49,765 nt of DNA from an uncultured Ectothiorhodospiraceae bacterium (GTDB lineage Bacteria; Pseudomonadota; Gammaproteobacteria; CAYFSA01), in the NCBI GenBank assembly GCA_964345605.1, contig CAYFSA010000005.1:1-49765 (forward strand), read 5' to 3'. A program made the translations under genes and the position numbers. Of the stretch, positions 32,421 to 45,663 are shown piece by piece (position 1 is the first letter of the stretch; each line of letters starts with the position of its first letter). Below the pieces are notes generated by a model that saw only the letters and a program-made list of their open reading frames with translations, searched no databases and was not told the DNA's origin.

Positions 32421-32514
32421 TAATCACCTTGCGGCCACCACGAGTTTTCATACGAGCGCGAAAACCGTGCGTCCTTTTGCGCTTCAAGACACTGGGCTGA
32501 TATGTGCGTTTCAC
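32380..32514 (-). CDS. rpmH: 50S ribosomal protein L34
   Basis: Not in the ORF track; manual translation from GTG gives [44 protein letters not shown]; GAGG RBS. Confidence 0.97.
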   Translation of the reverse strand: MKRTYQPSVLKRKRTHGFRARMKTRGGRKVINARRAKGRHRLAV

Positions 32515-32522
32515 GTGAAACC
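32507..32522. promoter_or_regulatory. parS site overlapping the rpmH start codon
   Basis: CGTTTCACGTGAAACC has a perfect 14-bp core of the parS consensus TGTTTCACGTGAAACA. Confidence 0.75.
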
Positions 32523-32558
32523 TCTCGACTCAGTCGGTTCAGTAAAGGATAAACGAGA

Positions 32559-32587
32559 ATTGTGAGCTAGCCGAAACGGAATGTCAA
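32559..32587 (-). promoter_or_regulatory. Putative sigma70 promoter of rpmH
   Basis: TTGACA-N17-CACAAT on the minus strand. Confidence 0.45.
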
Positions 32588-32612
32588 AAGCTCACAACCA
32601 CGTCCACGTCTC

Positions 32613-32621
32613 TGTGGATAA
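32613..32621. promoter_or_regulatory. DnaA box in the dnaA promoter region
   Basis: TGTGGATAA (reverse complement TTATCCACA) upstream of dnaA, a classic autoregulation position. Confidence 0.8.
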
Positions 32622-32685
32622 CTTTCGACTGAGCAGATAGACTTAATGTTTTAACAATAATCCAGTGACGAGGAGTTATCACTTT

Positions 32686-34044
32686 ATGGGGGCTGATCTT
32701 TGGCAACAATGTGTTGAGTGGCTTGAGCGAGAGCTTCCCGAGCAATCAATAAACACATGGGTCCGGCCGCTGCATGCTGTTGAGGAAAACAATCAGTTAA
32801 AGCTTCTCGCACCGAATCAGTTTGTCATCGAGAACATACGAGCGCATTGCTTAGTGCATATTGAAACTGCCCTCTTAACGTTACGCCCTAAAAATACTCC
32901 TACCATTAAGATCGAAGTTGGTTCGAACAAGCGTTCAGGCAATAGCGCATCCTCTTATACCCCATCAGGAGATAATGAAGCTGACATAAACAAAAGCAAT
33001 CCGCCAAAACAAACTCAAAAATTTGCCAATTTATTAAATGAGGAGTTCACATTCGAGAATTTTGTCCAGGGGAAATCTAATCAGCTAGCCCGTGCAGCCA
33101 CACTTCAAGTCGCTTCGAATGTGGGCAAAGCCTATAACCCACTGCTTATCTACGGTGGCGTTGGGCTGGGTAAAACGCACTTGATGCATGCCGCCGGCAA
33201 TCAGATTATAGCCCTGGATGGTCAACGCAAAGTGGTCTATTTACATTCTGAGCGATTCGTTGGGGATATGGTCAAAGCACTGCAGCATAACCAGATCAAT
33301 CAATTCAAAAATTACTATCGTTCTGTGGATGCCTTATTGATCGATGACATTCAGTTCTTTGCAGGCAAAGATCGTTCACAAGAGGAGTTTTTCCACACAT
33401 TCAACGCCTTGCTGGAAGGTCAGCACCAAGTTATTTTAACCTGTGATCGTTATCCAAAAGAGGTCTCAGGGCTAGAAGACCGACTAAAATCAAGGTTTGG
33501 CTGGGGCCTAAGTGTTGCTGTCGAACCACCTGAATTAGAAACCCGGGTAGCCATTCTCAAAAAGAAAGCTGAACAAGCCAGTATAGAGCTGCCATCTGAT
33601 GTGGCATTTTTTATCGCAAAACGTTTACGTTCCAATGTGCGGGAGTTAGAGGGAGCGCTTAAACGTATTCTGGTCAACATGCAGTTCACTGGCAAGCCTA
33701 TCTCATTGGATCTAGTCCGTGACGCATTGCGTGATACCCTGGCATCTCATGAGAAGCTTGTTACAGTGGAAAACATTCAAAAGACCGTGGCCGAATACTA
33801 CAAGATCCGTGTTTCGGATTTGCTTTCTGCACGCCGCAATCGTCAGTTGAGTCGGCCGAGACAACTTGCTATGGCGCTGGCCAAAGAGCTAACTAGTCAT
33901 AGTCTTCCAGTCATCGGCCAGCATTTTGGAGGCAAGGATCATACAACGGTTCTATATGCTTGTCGCAAGATCAATGAGCTTCGTCAAAGCAATCCGCAAG
34001 TCGAAGAAGATTATACCAATCTCATTCGGACTTTGAGTACATGA
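32686..34044 (+). CDS. dnaA: Chromosomal replication initiator DnaA
   Basis: [32 protein letters not shown] and KDHTTV motifs; ATG 32686 with an AGGAG RBS. Confidence 0.99.
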   Translation: MGADLWQQCVEWLERELPEQSINTWVRPLHAVEENNQLKLLAPNQFVIENIRAHCLVHIETALLTLRPKNTPTIKIEVGSNKRSGNSASSYTPSGDNEADINKSNPPKQTQKFANLLNEEFTFENFVQGKSNQLARAATLQVASNVGKAYNPLLIYGGVGLGKTHLMHAAGNQIIALDGQRKVVYLHSERFVGDMVKALQHNQINQFKNYYRSVDALLIDDIQFFAGKDRSQEEFFHTFNALLEGQHQVILTCDRYPKEVSGLEDRLKSRFGWGLSVAVEPPELETRVAILKKKAEQASIELPSDVAFFIAKRLRSNVRELEGALKRILVNMQFTGKPISLDLVRDALRDTLASHEKLVTVENIQKTVAEYYKIRVSDLLSARRNRQLSRPRQLAMALAKELTSHSLPVIGQHFGGKDHTTVLYACRKINELRQSNPQVEEDYTNLIRTLST

Positions 34045-34261
34045 GCTCAAGCTGTGGATAACTCTGTGGATAACCCTGTGAGTAAGTTGTGGATAAACCT
34101 GTGGATAAAATCAGCGCTCCAGTTATCCACATGTTATCCACTGCTTATCCACAGACTTATCCACAGATATTTTATTTTTTAAAACAGTAAGTTAAGTTAC
34201 TTTTCCACAAGTTACACAAAGCCTAATAATAATAGGTTTTATATATTTAGGATATATTACT
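34045..34261. other. Replication origin oriC
   Basis: TGTGGATAA boxes at 34053, 34065, 34088 and 34100 (degenerate at 34077); TTATCCACA boxes at 34123, 34145 and 34157 (one mismatch at 34134); TTTTCCACA at 34201; CTA-ATA-ATA-ATA trios at 34223-34234; AT-rich tract. Confidence 0.9.
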
Positions 34262-35362
34262 ATGCACCTGGAGATCTCCCGCGAACAACTCTTTCCAGCA
34301 CTTCAGCGTGTGGTTGGCGCCATCGAACGAAAACAAACCAACCCAGTGTTGGGCAATATCTTAATCGAAGCAACGAATGATATAGTTACGCTGACTGGCA
34401 CCGATTCGGAACTGGAAATCGTCACCAGTGTTCCAGCTACGATCATTGATATGGGTAAGATGGTCATACCTGGACGCAAATTGTTCGATATCTGTCGCTC
34501 ACTGAGTAACGATGCCACCCTCTCCATTGAGAAAGATCATCAGCAGGCCAAACTCCATGCTGGCAAAAGCCGATTTGTTTTAGTCACCGCTAAACCTGAA
34601 GATTTCCCTGTTAACCAATCGATTTCGTTTATATCCAATATTCGGTTACCTGAAGGTTCATTGAAAACAATCTTGGAGCAAACCAGCTTCGCTATGGCCC
34701 ATCAAGACGTGCGTTATTATTTGAATGGAACGTTGCTAGAGTTAGAGCAGGGTTTCATCCGCAGTATCGCAACAGATGGGCACCGTCTCGCTTATGCGCA
34801 ATGCGGTATTGATACCGATGTAGGTGATAAACAACAGATTATATTACCGAGAAAAACAATACTGGAATTACAACGCTTATTGGAAAATGAAACAGCGCTT
34901 AGTCAAGTAGAGTTCGGCGAACGCCATTTCCGCATCACGACTTCGAGTTTTCGATTAACCTCTAAGATCGTTGATGGTCGTTTCCCCGATTACACGCGAG
35001 TTATTCCTCAGGACGGCGATAAGGAGATCATGCTTTCCCGTGAAATACTTCAGAAAACCCTCAATCGCGTAGCAATTTTGAGTGCTGAGCGCTATCGAGG
35101 GGCTAAGTTAATATTGCAGCCTGATAATTTAACTCTCGTAGCTAGTAATCAAGAACAAGAGATGGCCGAAGAAGAAATTGCCATTGACTACCAGGGCGAA
35201 TATCTTGAAATCGGGTTTAATGTAAATTATCTAATAGATGTTCTTTCAGTTATTAATAATCAAGAGGTTAAGATATCATTGAAAGATGCGGATAGTAGCT
35301 GTCTTATTACTGACCCGAATTCAACTGATATGCTCTATGTGCTCATGCCAATGCGCTTATAG
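34262..35362 (+). CDS. dnaN: DNA polymerase III beta clamp
   Basis: QDVRYYLNG, ATDGHRL, GRFPDY and C-terminal MPMRL. Confidence 0.98.
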   Translation: MHLEISREQLFPALQRVVGAIERKQTNPVLGNILIEATNDIVTLTGTDSELEIVTSVPATIIDMGKMVIPGRKLFDICRSLSNDATLSIEKDHQQAKLHAGKSRFVLVTAKPEDFPVNQSISFISNIRLPEGSLKTILEQTSFAMAHQDVRYYLNGTLLELEQGFIRSIATDGHRLAYAQCGIDTDVGDKQQIILPRKTILELQRLLENETALSQVEFGERHFRITTSSFRLTSKIVDGRFPDYTRVIPQDGDKEIMLSREILQKTLNRVAILSAERYRGAKLILQPDNLTLVASNQEQEMAEEEIAIDYQGEYLEIGFNVNYLIDVLSVINNQEVKISLKDADSSCLITDPNSTDMLYVLMPMRL

Positions 35363-35370
35363 CAAAAGCT

Positions 35371-36444
35371 ATGCGCCTTAAGCAGCTAGAACTCCATAAT
35401 ATCAGGAATATCATTAAGACCCAGCTAACATTCGATGATGATATCAATCTTATAATAGGCAACAATGGCTCGGGTAAAACGACCTTACTGGAAGCCATTC
35501 ACAGCTTATCAACCGGTAAATCGTTCAGAACATCAACTGTTCGCCAGCTAATCCAGGCCGATAACTCCGCAAGTCTAATCAGAGCAGAAATTCAAACCAA
35601 GCCGAATCAAAAACCTGAACTGCTTTCTTTGGGCCTTACGCGCAATGGCATCAAAATCAAGCATCAAAACGAAGGAGACATCGGACTTGCGAGATTAGCT
35701 GAACTTTGTCCTGTTGTGGCCATCCATCCACGCAGCAGTGAAATTATTCTCGGCAGCCCGGACAATCGCAGACGCATCCTTGACTGGGGTGCTTTTCATG
35801 TGATTCCCGAATATATCAACTATTGGCGTGATTACAATAATCTTCTGAAGCAGCGCAACGAGGTCCTCAAGCAGGGTGATGCTTCCTGGTTGGCTGCCCT
35901 CGATACTCAATTTGTAAAAGCAGCGACTCAACTATTCCACTCGCGTTTGCATTACCTCGAGCTTCTCATTCCATATATTCAGCCTTTTTTTGACTGGTTA
36001 CTGGAAGGACAAGCAGTTACTCTCAGATACAAACATGGCTGGTCAGCACAAAGGGAATTCCAGGAAGTCCTGCAACACGCTATAGCAGATGATATATACC
36101 GGGGTTTCACTCAAGTCGGGCCACATCGAGATGACCTTGAGATACGACTCAACCATGGTCTGGCCAATCAGATAGCTTCCAGAGGTCAAGTCAAATTGAT
36201 GATCTATTCAATCTATTTAGGGCAAGTGAGATGTTTATATGCGGAGAAAGAGAAGCGACCAGTGGTGTTATTGGATGACTTCGATTCAGAGTTTGATCTG
36301 AACAGTACTGCGCTTGTTGCTTCGCTGCTTAAGCAAATAGGAACTCAAGTTATTTGTACCGCAACCCGCAATTCAATCGAGCACATCCTGAAGCCAAATA
36401 AAATGTTCCACGTGGAACATGGAACCGTCACTGAATTGGTATAA
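35371..36444 (+). CDS. recF: DNA replication/repair protein RecF
   Basis: GNNGSGKT, GPHRDDL, SRGQ and LLDDFDSEFD motifs. Confidence 0.96.
   Translation: MRLKQLELHNIRNIIKTQLTFDDDINLIIGNNGSGKTTLLEAIHSLSTGKSFRTSTVRQLIQADNSASLIRAEIQTKPNQKPELLSLGLTRNGIKIKHQNEGDIGLARLAELCPVVAIHPRSSEIILGSPDNRRRILDWGAFHVIPEYINYWRDYNNLLKQRNEVLKQGDASWLAALDTQFVKAATQLFHSRLHYLELLIPYIQPFFDWLLEGQAVTLRYKHGWSAQREFQEVLQHAIADDIYRGFTQVGPHRDDLEIRLNHGLANQIASRGQVKLMIYSIYLGQVRCLYAEKEKRPVVLLDDFDSEFDLNSTALVASLLKQIGTQVICTATRNSIEHILKPNKMFHVEHGTVTELV
36404..36419. promoter_or_regulatory. parS site inside recF
   Basis: Perfect palindrome TGTTCCACGTGGAACA, within the codons for MFHVEH. Confidence 0.85.
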
Positions 36445-36466
36445 TGGGGGCTCAATTAAGAGGTAA

Positions 36467-38890
<2,424 letters not shown>

Positions 38891-38901
38891 GTAAAGCTCA
38901 C

Positions 38902-40380
38902 ATGGGAGCAGTAAAATTTCATGATTTACGGGATTTCATCCATAAGTTGGAATCACTGGGTGAGCTGAAACGGATAACCTATCCGGTCGACCCCAAACTT
39001 GAGATGACCGAAGTGTGTGATCGGGTACTCAGGTCAGGCGGGCCAGCCTTACTGTTTGAAAAGCCGAAAGAATACGATTATCCCGTACTGGGTAATTTGT
39101 TTGGCAGCCAGTATCGCGTGGCTCTAGCCATGGGTGAAGATTCCATTGGAGCGCTGCGCGAGATCGGCCAATTATTGGCTTTTCTCAAAGAACCTGAACC
39201 ACCTAAGGGTATCCGGGAGGCTTGGCATTCCCTGCCGATTTTTAAAAAGATACTGGATATGGCCCCTAAAACAGTGCGTCAGCCGGTTTGCCAAGAAACA
39301 ATTTTGACCGGCGACAGGATAGATTTAAGTCAATGGCCGATTCAGACATGCTGGCCTGGCGATGCCGGGCCGCTGATCACTTGGGGGCTGGTGATTACCC
39401 GTGGGCCAGATAAGGAGCGGCAAAATATGGGTATTTATCGTCAGCAAGTTATCGGTTCCAATCGAGTGATCATGCGTTGGCTGGCGCATCGTGGCGGGGC
39501 ATTGGATTTTCGGGATTGGCAGCGTGCCTATCCGGGCGAGCCATTCCCGATTGCGGTGGCGCTTGGGGCCGATCCGGCCACTACCCTGGCGGCAGTCACA
39601 CCCATACCGGATAGTCTCTCCGAACATGCCTTTGCAGGTCTTTTGCGGGGTTCACGTACCGAGTTGGCCCGCTGTCACAGTCATGACCTGCAGGTCCCGG
39701 CTACCAGTGAAATTGTCTTGGAAGGCTATCTTTATCCCGGGGATAGCGCCGCTGAAGGTCCGTTTGGCGATCACACGGGTTATTACAATGAGGTTGAGTC
39801 ATTTCCAGTATTTACCATCGAGACAATGACCCATCGTAAGCAACCGATCTATCACAGTACCTATACCGGCAGGCCGCCTGATGAGCCGGCCATGCTCGGT
39901 GTCGCGCTCAACGAGGTGTTCGTGCCGCTGTTACAGCGCCAATTTTCTGAAATTGTTGACTTCTATCTGCCGCCCGAGGGATGCTCGTACCGTCTGGCGC
40001 TCGTGGCCATGCATAAGCAATATGCTGGCCATGCCAAGCGAGTCATGATGGGGGTTTGGTCATTTCTACGGCAATTCATGTATACCAAATTCGTCATAGT
40101 GGTTGATGAAGATATCAATATTCGCGATTGGCAGGATGTTATCTGGGCTATCACGACTCGCATGGATCCGTTACGGGATGCTGTTATGGTCGATCATACC
40201 CCGATCGATTATCTCGATTTTGCTTCGCCGGAACCTGGTCTGGGCTCAAAGATGGGGTTGGATGCCACGAATAAATGGCCGGGAGAAACCCACCGTGAAT
40301 GGGGACGGCCGATCTTGCAGGACCGGGTCATTAAGCAGCGGGTCGATGCGATCTGGGCAGAGCTTGGCTTGGATAATTGA
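38902..40380 (+). CDS. ubiD: 4-hydroxy-3-polyprenylbenzoate decarboxylase
   Basis: [20 protein letters not shown] and YLDFASP motifs. Confidence 0.95.
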   Translation: MGAVKFHDLRDFIHKLESLGELKRITYPVDPKLEMTEVCDRVLRSGGPALLFEKPKEYDYPVLGNLFGSQYRVALAMGEDSIGALREIGQLLAFLKEPEPPKGIREAWHSLPIFKKILDMAPKTVRQPVCQETILTGDRIDLSQWPIQTCWPGDAGPLITWGLVITRGPDKERQNMGIYRQQVIGSNRVIMRWLAHRGGALDFRDWQRAYPGEPFPIAVALGADPATTLAAVTPIPDSLSEHAFAGLLRGSRTELARCHSHDLQVPATSEIVLEGYLYPGDSAAEGPFGDHTGYYNEVESFPVFTIETMTHRKQPIYHSTYTGRPPDEPAMLGVALNEVFVPLLQRQFSEIVDFYLPPEGCSYRLALVAMHKQYAGHAKRVMMGVWSFLRQFMYTKFVIVVDEDINIRDWQDVIWAITTRMDPLRDAVMVDHTPIDYLDFASPEPGLGSKMGLDATNKWPGETHREWGRPILQDRVIKQRVDAIWAELGLDN

Positions 40381-40390
40381 TGAGCCTGGT

Positions 40391-42370
40391 TTACACAGCT
40401 TCCAGCCAGCAGCATTGATAAGGTTTAAGTTTTACTTCGCCGGCGGTTATCAGCTCTTGGTCGCCGATATGATCATAGAAAAAGCGACCGAGGCCAGTCA
40501 TGCGCAGGCGATTACCCTCTAACATTTGTTCGTGCTCGGAAAAATTGCCTAAAACAATCAGGCGATGGCCCTGATGACTGCGGATAAAACCTAATACATG
40601 GGGGTTGCCGCTACTGAAAACCTGCATGTTGTTGCCCGTCAGGGCCGGCAGGTTTTTGCGTTTGCTGATCAGTATCTGCATGGTTCGATACAACCGGCTA
40701 TGAATGGATTGACCGTTTTCCAAATCATAAAAATAATTCCAATCCATTTTGGTACGATGAATCCAGCGGCTGTCATTGGCTTTGGCAGGATCTTTAATGA
40801 ACGCATAATCATTCAAGACGCCGAGCTCTTCGCCTAGATAAAGCAGTGGTATACCGCCAATAGTGCAAATCAGACCGTAGAGTAACTGAATACGCCGCAG
40901 GGCCATTTCGACAAGGTAATCGTCATTTTCCTCCAGGGCTTGCTCGAGACCAACCAGGGAAGCCATAGTGCCGGCTATCCGCATATCCTTGGTATCCGGG
41001 TTGTATTGAAACGGTACGCCACGGGCGAACGAACCTGGAAATTCCCCGGTATAAAAGGCATTTAAAAATTGGCGATGATCGAAGGCATTAATGCCGACTG
41101 CCGCCGCATCGTTATCGTCGAAACTCCAGCCGATATCGTCATGACACCGCAGATAATTCACCCAGGCCGTACCGCTAGGTAAGGTATGTCGATGACTTAA
41201 GGACTGATGCAGCAGTTTGATTTCCCGGGTTGCTAAGGCTTCCCAAAGCAGGGCCATCAGGGTCGGATTATAGGACAGCTGGCATTCCTGGACACTGATG
41301 TATTTGACGACTTCATCCGGGTGCACAATGGCTTCGGATTTGAAAGCCAGGCTCGGCGCGGCAATTCGACAGGCATGATTGAAAATCTGGATCAGGGTAT
41401 GGGCCTCGGGCTGATTCTCGCAATTGGTTCCCAAGCGTTTCCAGATGAACGCGACTGCGTCCAGACGCAGGATCTCCACACCCATATTGGCAAGAAACAA
41501 CATCTCATCCAGCATGGCCCGCAGTACTGCCGGATTGCTGTAGTTCAGGTCCCACTGAAAGCTGTTGAAAGTGGTCCAAACCCAGGCATGCAAGCCTTCA
41601 TGCCAGGTGAAATTGCCGCGCCGGACAGTGGGAAAGATTTCCCGCAAATGCTGCTCGTATTGATCCGGGATGCTGCGATCCTTGAAGATGTAATAAAATT
41701 CCTGATATTCCTCATTACCGGCTTGGGCCTGCAAGGCCCAATGATGGTCGTCGGCCGTGTGATTGAAAACGAAATCCAGGACCAGGGAAATGCCATGGGC
41801 CCGCAAGTCTTCAGCGAGATGGCGTAAATCCTCGATGGTGCCCAAGTCAGGATTGATCGAGCGATAATTGCTGATGGCATAACCACCGTCGTTGTCGCCC
41901 GGCCGGACCGCGAATAACGGCATTAAATGCAGATACGTCAGGCCCAAGTCGCGGAAATAATCAATATGCTGGCGAAGCTTGCCAAGATTTTCGCTGAACA
42001 GGTCAACATATAACGCCCCACCCACCATGCGTTCATTCAAATACCAAGAATAATCATTCGCACGTTGTTGGTCGAGTTGCCGTAAGTCGTAGGGTCGCTC
42101 GATGGTTGTTTGCGCCAGCGATTTGACAAGCTCCTCGACATGATAGAAAAAGTCGTAATGATGCCCATACAGGCGATAGAGCTTGGCAAAGAGATCTGGC
42201 CAATAATTATGCAGACGCTGCTCGAACGCCTCGATTTCATCAGCCTTTAGAGGTTGCTCAACGAGTCGGTCGACCAGGATGTTGGCGACTGCGGGCCAAA
42301 TCCTCGCGAGACTTTTATTGGCTTCGTGTTGTAAATCGGCTTTATTTTGAACGTCAATCGACCCAATCAT
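40391..42370 (-). CDS. Amylosucrase / sucrose hydrolase (GH13_4)
   Basis: [18 protein letters not shown] and the intact catalytic motifs LRLDAV, KSEAIV and RCHDDIGW; start is ATG 42370 or TTG 42382. Confidence 0.9.
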   Translation of the reverse strand: MIGSIDVQNKADLQHEANKSLARIWPAVANILVDRLVEQPLKADEIEAFEQRLHNYWPDLFAKLYRLYGHHYDFFYHVEELVKSLAQTTIERPYDLRQLDQQRANDYSWYLNERMVGGALYVDLFSENLGKLRQHIDYFRDLGLTYLHLMPLFAVRPGDNDGGYAISNYRSINPDLGTIEDLRHLAEDLRAHGISLVLDFVFNHTADDHHWALQAQAGNEEYQEFYYIFKDRSIPDQYEQHLREIFPTVRRGNFTWHEGLHAWVWTTFNSFQWDLNYSNPAVLRAMLDEMLFLANMGVEILRLDAVAFIWKRLGTNCENQPEAHTLIQIFNHACRIAAPSLAFKSEAIVHPDEVVKYISVQECQLSYNPTLMALLWEALATREIKLLHQSLSHRHTLPSGTAWVNYLRCHDDIGWSFDDNDAAAVGINAFDHRQFLNAFYTGEFPGSFARGVPFQYNPDTKDMRIAGTMASLVGLEQALEENDDYLVEMALRRIQLLYGLICTIGGIPLLYLGEELGVLNDYAFIKDPAKANDSRWIHRTKMDWNYFYDLENGQSIHSRLYRTMQILISKRKNLPALTGNNMQVFSSGNPHVLGFIRSHQGHRLIVLGNFSEHEQMLEGNRLRMTGLGRFFYDHIGDQELITAGEVKLKPYQCCWLEAV

Positions 42371-44528
42371 TGGGAATCGCAATATTGTCTAAGAAATGGT
42401 AAAAATGAATGCCTTCAATAATGCCTTGCGCATGGCCTGATTCGGCAAAATAGATACGCGGGCGGCCGCGCAGATGGGCAATTTCCTTGCTGTGATTGGC
42501 AACCACCACACCCAGGGTATTGCCGCAAAGCATGCCTTCATCACTACCGGAGTCACCGGCGACCAGAATTCTATCCAGGGATAGGCCACAGGCATGCGCA
42601 ATATAACGAAGACATAAATCGGCACCTGCACGTTCTGGGATAATGTCCAAGAAGGCACCGAGAGAAAAAATGGCACGGGCACGCAGGCCTGCCTGACGCA
42701 AACGGCGCTTGACGCCCGTCAGGCTTGGTGCGATCGAGGTATCCATCTGATAACTGATTTTGTAGGGTGTCTGTTCCTTGTCGCTTTGCAAGTTCAGGCC
42801 CGGTAATTCGCCGAGGATTTCCCGAATGCGCTCAGGCTCCCAGTCAAAATCAATTTGATGATGCCAATGCTGATCCAGTGTCTCGCCTTGTTCGGTATAG
42901 ATTTCCGTACCGACTGAAGTGATCATCAGTACCGGCTTGGTTATGGCATATTGGCTGACTAGTTCGCAGGTATCCGCGTAATTGTGGCCCGTAGCGATAA
43001 CCAGACCGATTTCCTCATGGGAATGCAACAGTTGCATCAGTGTTTGCAGCGCTGCTTGTTCGCCGAGCAGTGTCTCGTCAATATTGGTAACCAATAACCG
43101 GTCTATACCGGGTTTGAGCGGTAGCTTCATGTCCCCGACGGGTGATGGTTCACTGACGGGAGCAACCAGTTCCTCAATATCGCGTAAATAGCGATCGACG
43201 TGATGCTGCCAGGAATAATGCTGATGCACCGCTGCCATGCCGTTTTCAGACCATGACTGCCAGGAATCGGTTTCTGTGAGTACCCGCAACAGCCCTTTCT
43301 CGATTGCTTGAGCATCATAAGGATCGACCAACAAACCATTACGGCAATTGGCGAGGACATCCTGATGAGTACCATTTTGCGAGGCGACCACAGGCAAACC
43401 CGCTGCGGCGGCTTCCATCAATGTGAAGCCCAGCGGTTCGACCAATGCCGGATTGATGAACACCCCACCGGAGCTGGCGGCAAAGCGGAACAAAACCGGT
43501 AATTGTTCGGTGGGAAACTGCTTGGGGTAAGCGACCATACCATGCAAGTCGTAGACATCGAACAGCACGAACAGATTGCGCAGAATCCGCTGCTGCAGGA
43601 TGGACATCTGCCGTAAATCGTCCCTTGAACCCATGATCAGGACGAGATTAGCCTGCTGCTGTAGCGTCTTAGAGCGGCCGTAGACATTGACCAGCATTTC
43701 CAGGTTCTGATGTTCGCTGGGGCGATTGATCGCCAGGATCAGGGGACGTTCCGGCGAACTCAAAAAGCGCTTAATCTGGTTGCGCGCCAAATCTTCCAAG
43801 ATGGGGTCGGGAGCCATATCGTAGGCGGTCAGGTCGACGCCTGGAGCAATCACCTCCATGCGCTCGGGAATGTGATTGTGGTAGAGCTTGTAGCGTTCCT
43901 CGACTTCCTGATGGGTGTGCGCGATCACCAGGGAAGCTGTCTCCAGTGCGAATTCTTCAGCCTCGATCTGAGTGGCGAAACTGTAGCGGTTTTCCAGCTT
44001 GTTCTCGTTGTGCCCCTTGCGCAGCAAGTGCTGACGCTGAACGCGGGCGAGTTCGTGGCCGGTGAATACGTACGGCACAGCGAGCAGCCGGGCAAGCTGC
44101 GCACCGGCAAAGCCGCCATTTGCGCCATGACCATGGATGAGATCCGGCCGGACACCGCCACGCCGATAACTGGCTAGCACTTGATCGACAAAGAAATCCA
44201 TGTATGGCCACAGGCGCTCCTTGCGCAGATAGCGTTTTGGCCCGAAGGGGATTCGATAAATCGCGGCCTTCTCGTCAAGTGACTCTTCGAGCTGGGCATA
44301 ATCGCTATCCAGGCGATTGTCGACGACTTGACGAGTGATCAGGTCAATGCGACGAACCTCCGCGGAATGTGCCAGGGCTCGGGTCAGTTCGAGGACATAG
44401 CGTGCCTGGCTGCCGGCATCACCATCCATGCTGCCTTCCAGATCCTTGCCGCGCAGCAGGCCCTGCACGCTGATAATCGCGATGTGCAGGCCCTCGGCCT
44501 CGACATCATCAATGGGTTGACCAAGCAT
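42354..44528 (-). CDS. Sucrose-phosphate synthase-like GT4 + HAD (SPP-like) fusion with degenerate motifs
   Basis: ATG 44528 with an AGGAG RBS; SPS scaffold ([36 protein letters not shown]) plus a C-terminal S6PP-type HAD domain. Confidence 0.85.
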   Translation of the reverse strand: MLGQPIDDVEAEGLHIAIISVQGLLRGKDLEGSMDGDAGSQARYVLELTRALAHSAEVRRIDLITRQVVDNRLDSDYAQLEESLDEKAAIYRIPFGPKRYLRKERLWPYMDFFVDQVLASYRRGGVRPDLIHGHGANGGFAGAQLARLLAVPYVFTGHELARVQRQHLLRKGHNENKLENRYSFATQIEAEEFALETASLVIAHTHQEVEERYKLYHNHIPERMEVIAPGVDLTAYDMAPDPILEDLARNQIKRFLSSPERPLILAINRPSEHQNLEMLVNVYGRSKTLQQQANLVLIMGSRDDLRQMSILQQRILRNLFVLFDVYDLHGMVAYPKQFPTEQLPVLFRFAASSGGVFINPALVEPLGFTLMEAAAAGLPVVASQNGTHQDVLANCRNGLLVDPYDAQAIEKGLLRVLTETDSWQSWSENGMAAVHQHYSWQHHVDRYLRDIEELVAPVSEPSPVGDMKLPLKPGIDRLLVTNIDETLLGEQAALQTLMQLLHSHEEIGLVIATGHNYADTCELVSQYAITKPVLMITSVGTEIYTEQGETLDQHWHHQIDFDWEPERIREILGELPGLNLQSDKEQTPYKISYQMDTSIAPSLTGVKRRLRQAGLRARAIFSLGAFLDIIPERAGADLCLRYIAHACGLSLDRILVAGDSGSDEGMLCGNTLGVVVANHSKEIAHLRGRPRIYFAESGHAQGIIEGIHFYHFLDNIAIPNDWVD

Positions 44529-45420
44529 CTGTGATCTCCTGGTACAACAGGGCATTATTGGCAATGGCACCGCGCTGGGCACAAATCCGGGCTGCGAACT
44601 CACTGGCCCGCAGCAACACCGTATTGGCCGACCAACCGGCCAACAGGCCGAGGAGTGTGATTGCGGCAAAGCCGTCGCCGGCCCCGACCGAGTCAATAAA
44701 TTCCGCCGGTTTACAGGCCGGCTGCCATGCCTGTTCGAACTCACTAGCCATAGCAGCGCCTTGCTGGCCACAGGTCACGACGATATGGCTGATGCCATGC
44801 TGCTGCCGGAATTCATCGCCGAGCGCCAGAGCCGTATCGACAGTGGGAACCTGATGGCCGGTAAGCGCGGCGAGTTCATCATCATTGAGCTTTAAACAGA
44901 AGATTCCATCGATCAGAGCCGGCAGCCAAGCGAATTCGAACCAGGGTGGCCGGATGTTAATATCAACGAATACCGGTAACCCGAGCCGTTGTCGCCAACC
45001 GAGCAAACGCTCGCGGCTGGCCGTCTCGCGCAGGGCGAGACTGCCGTGGTAAATCATAGCGAACTCGGCAGGTTCCACGACCAGCCGGTCCGGATCGATG
45101 GCGTCGTAGGCTTGCTCGGCCAGAATGTCATAGCTAGGACCCGGGCGCACCTGAACCTGCCCGGTGGGCTCGGCAGCAACCGTCTGCATGCCATCGGTGC
45201 GCATGCCCCAGCTGGCCATTGCGCTCAGGATTGCCTGGCCGGCGTCGTCCTGACCAACGGCACTAACAAAGAACGGTGCCGCACCCAAACCCTGGAGATG
45301 CCAGGCGACATTGAAAGGCGCGCCGCCCAGAATACGGCTGCCATCTGGGAAACAGTCGAATAGCACTTCGCCGATCAGCAAGGGCGTCGCAGTGCTGGCA
45401 GTTGAGTTGGTAATCGACAC
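44509..45420 (-). CDS. PfkB-family fructokinase
   Basis: GEVLFD, GGAPFNVA, KLNDDEL and DSVGAGD motifs; context of a sucrose cluster. Confidence 0.88.
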   Translation of the reverse strand: MSITNSTASTATPLLIGEVLFDCFPDGSRILGGAPFNVAWHLQGLGAAPFFVSAVGQDDAGQAILSAMASWGMRTDGMQTVAAEPTGQVQVRPGPSYDILAEQAYDAIDPDRLVVEPAEFAMIYHGSLALRETASRERLLGWRQRLGLPVFVDINIRPPWFEFAWLPALIDGIFCLKLNDDELAALTGHQVPTVDTALALGDEFRQQHGISHIVVTCGQQGAAMASEFEQAWQPACKPAEFIDSVGAGDGFAAITLLGLLAGWSANTVLLRASEFAARICAQRGAIANNALLYQEITDAWSTH

Positions 45421-45663
45421 GGTATTGCCCCCTGCGGGTCAATGGATGTTCACCAAGCAGCCTAGCTTGCAGGTAGCTCGCGCCGCCCGATGCATGGCGC
45501 TACCCAAACGACGATGATAACGCGCCTGATTTTGCTTCGTTAAGTCATGGCAGCCAGAAAAATCAGATTGGACCGGCCCACCAGCTTGGGATAGCTGCCC
45601 AGGACTCCACTACTAGCCGGCCGAGTCGCTGATCTTGCCGGCATGCAGATTCAGTCCATCGCC

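Noticed and set aside
34053-34165. Regular short repeats resembling a CRISPR array or iterons
   Set aside because: They are 9-mer DnaA boxes with 2-3 nt spacers; no unique spacers or cas genes
36404-36419. parS within recF as a novelty
   Set aside because: The MFHVEH-encoding parS in recF is already known in Gammaproteobacteria; listed as a feature only
44529-44771. N-terminal extensions of track ORFs (SPS here; also atpE 23087-23239, WHy 4219-4434, lipoprotein 2449-2781)
   Set aside because: They overlap neighbouring genes, and downstream starts with an RBS or signal peptide fit better
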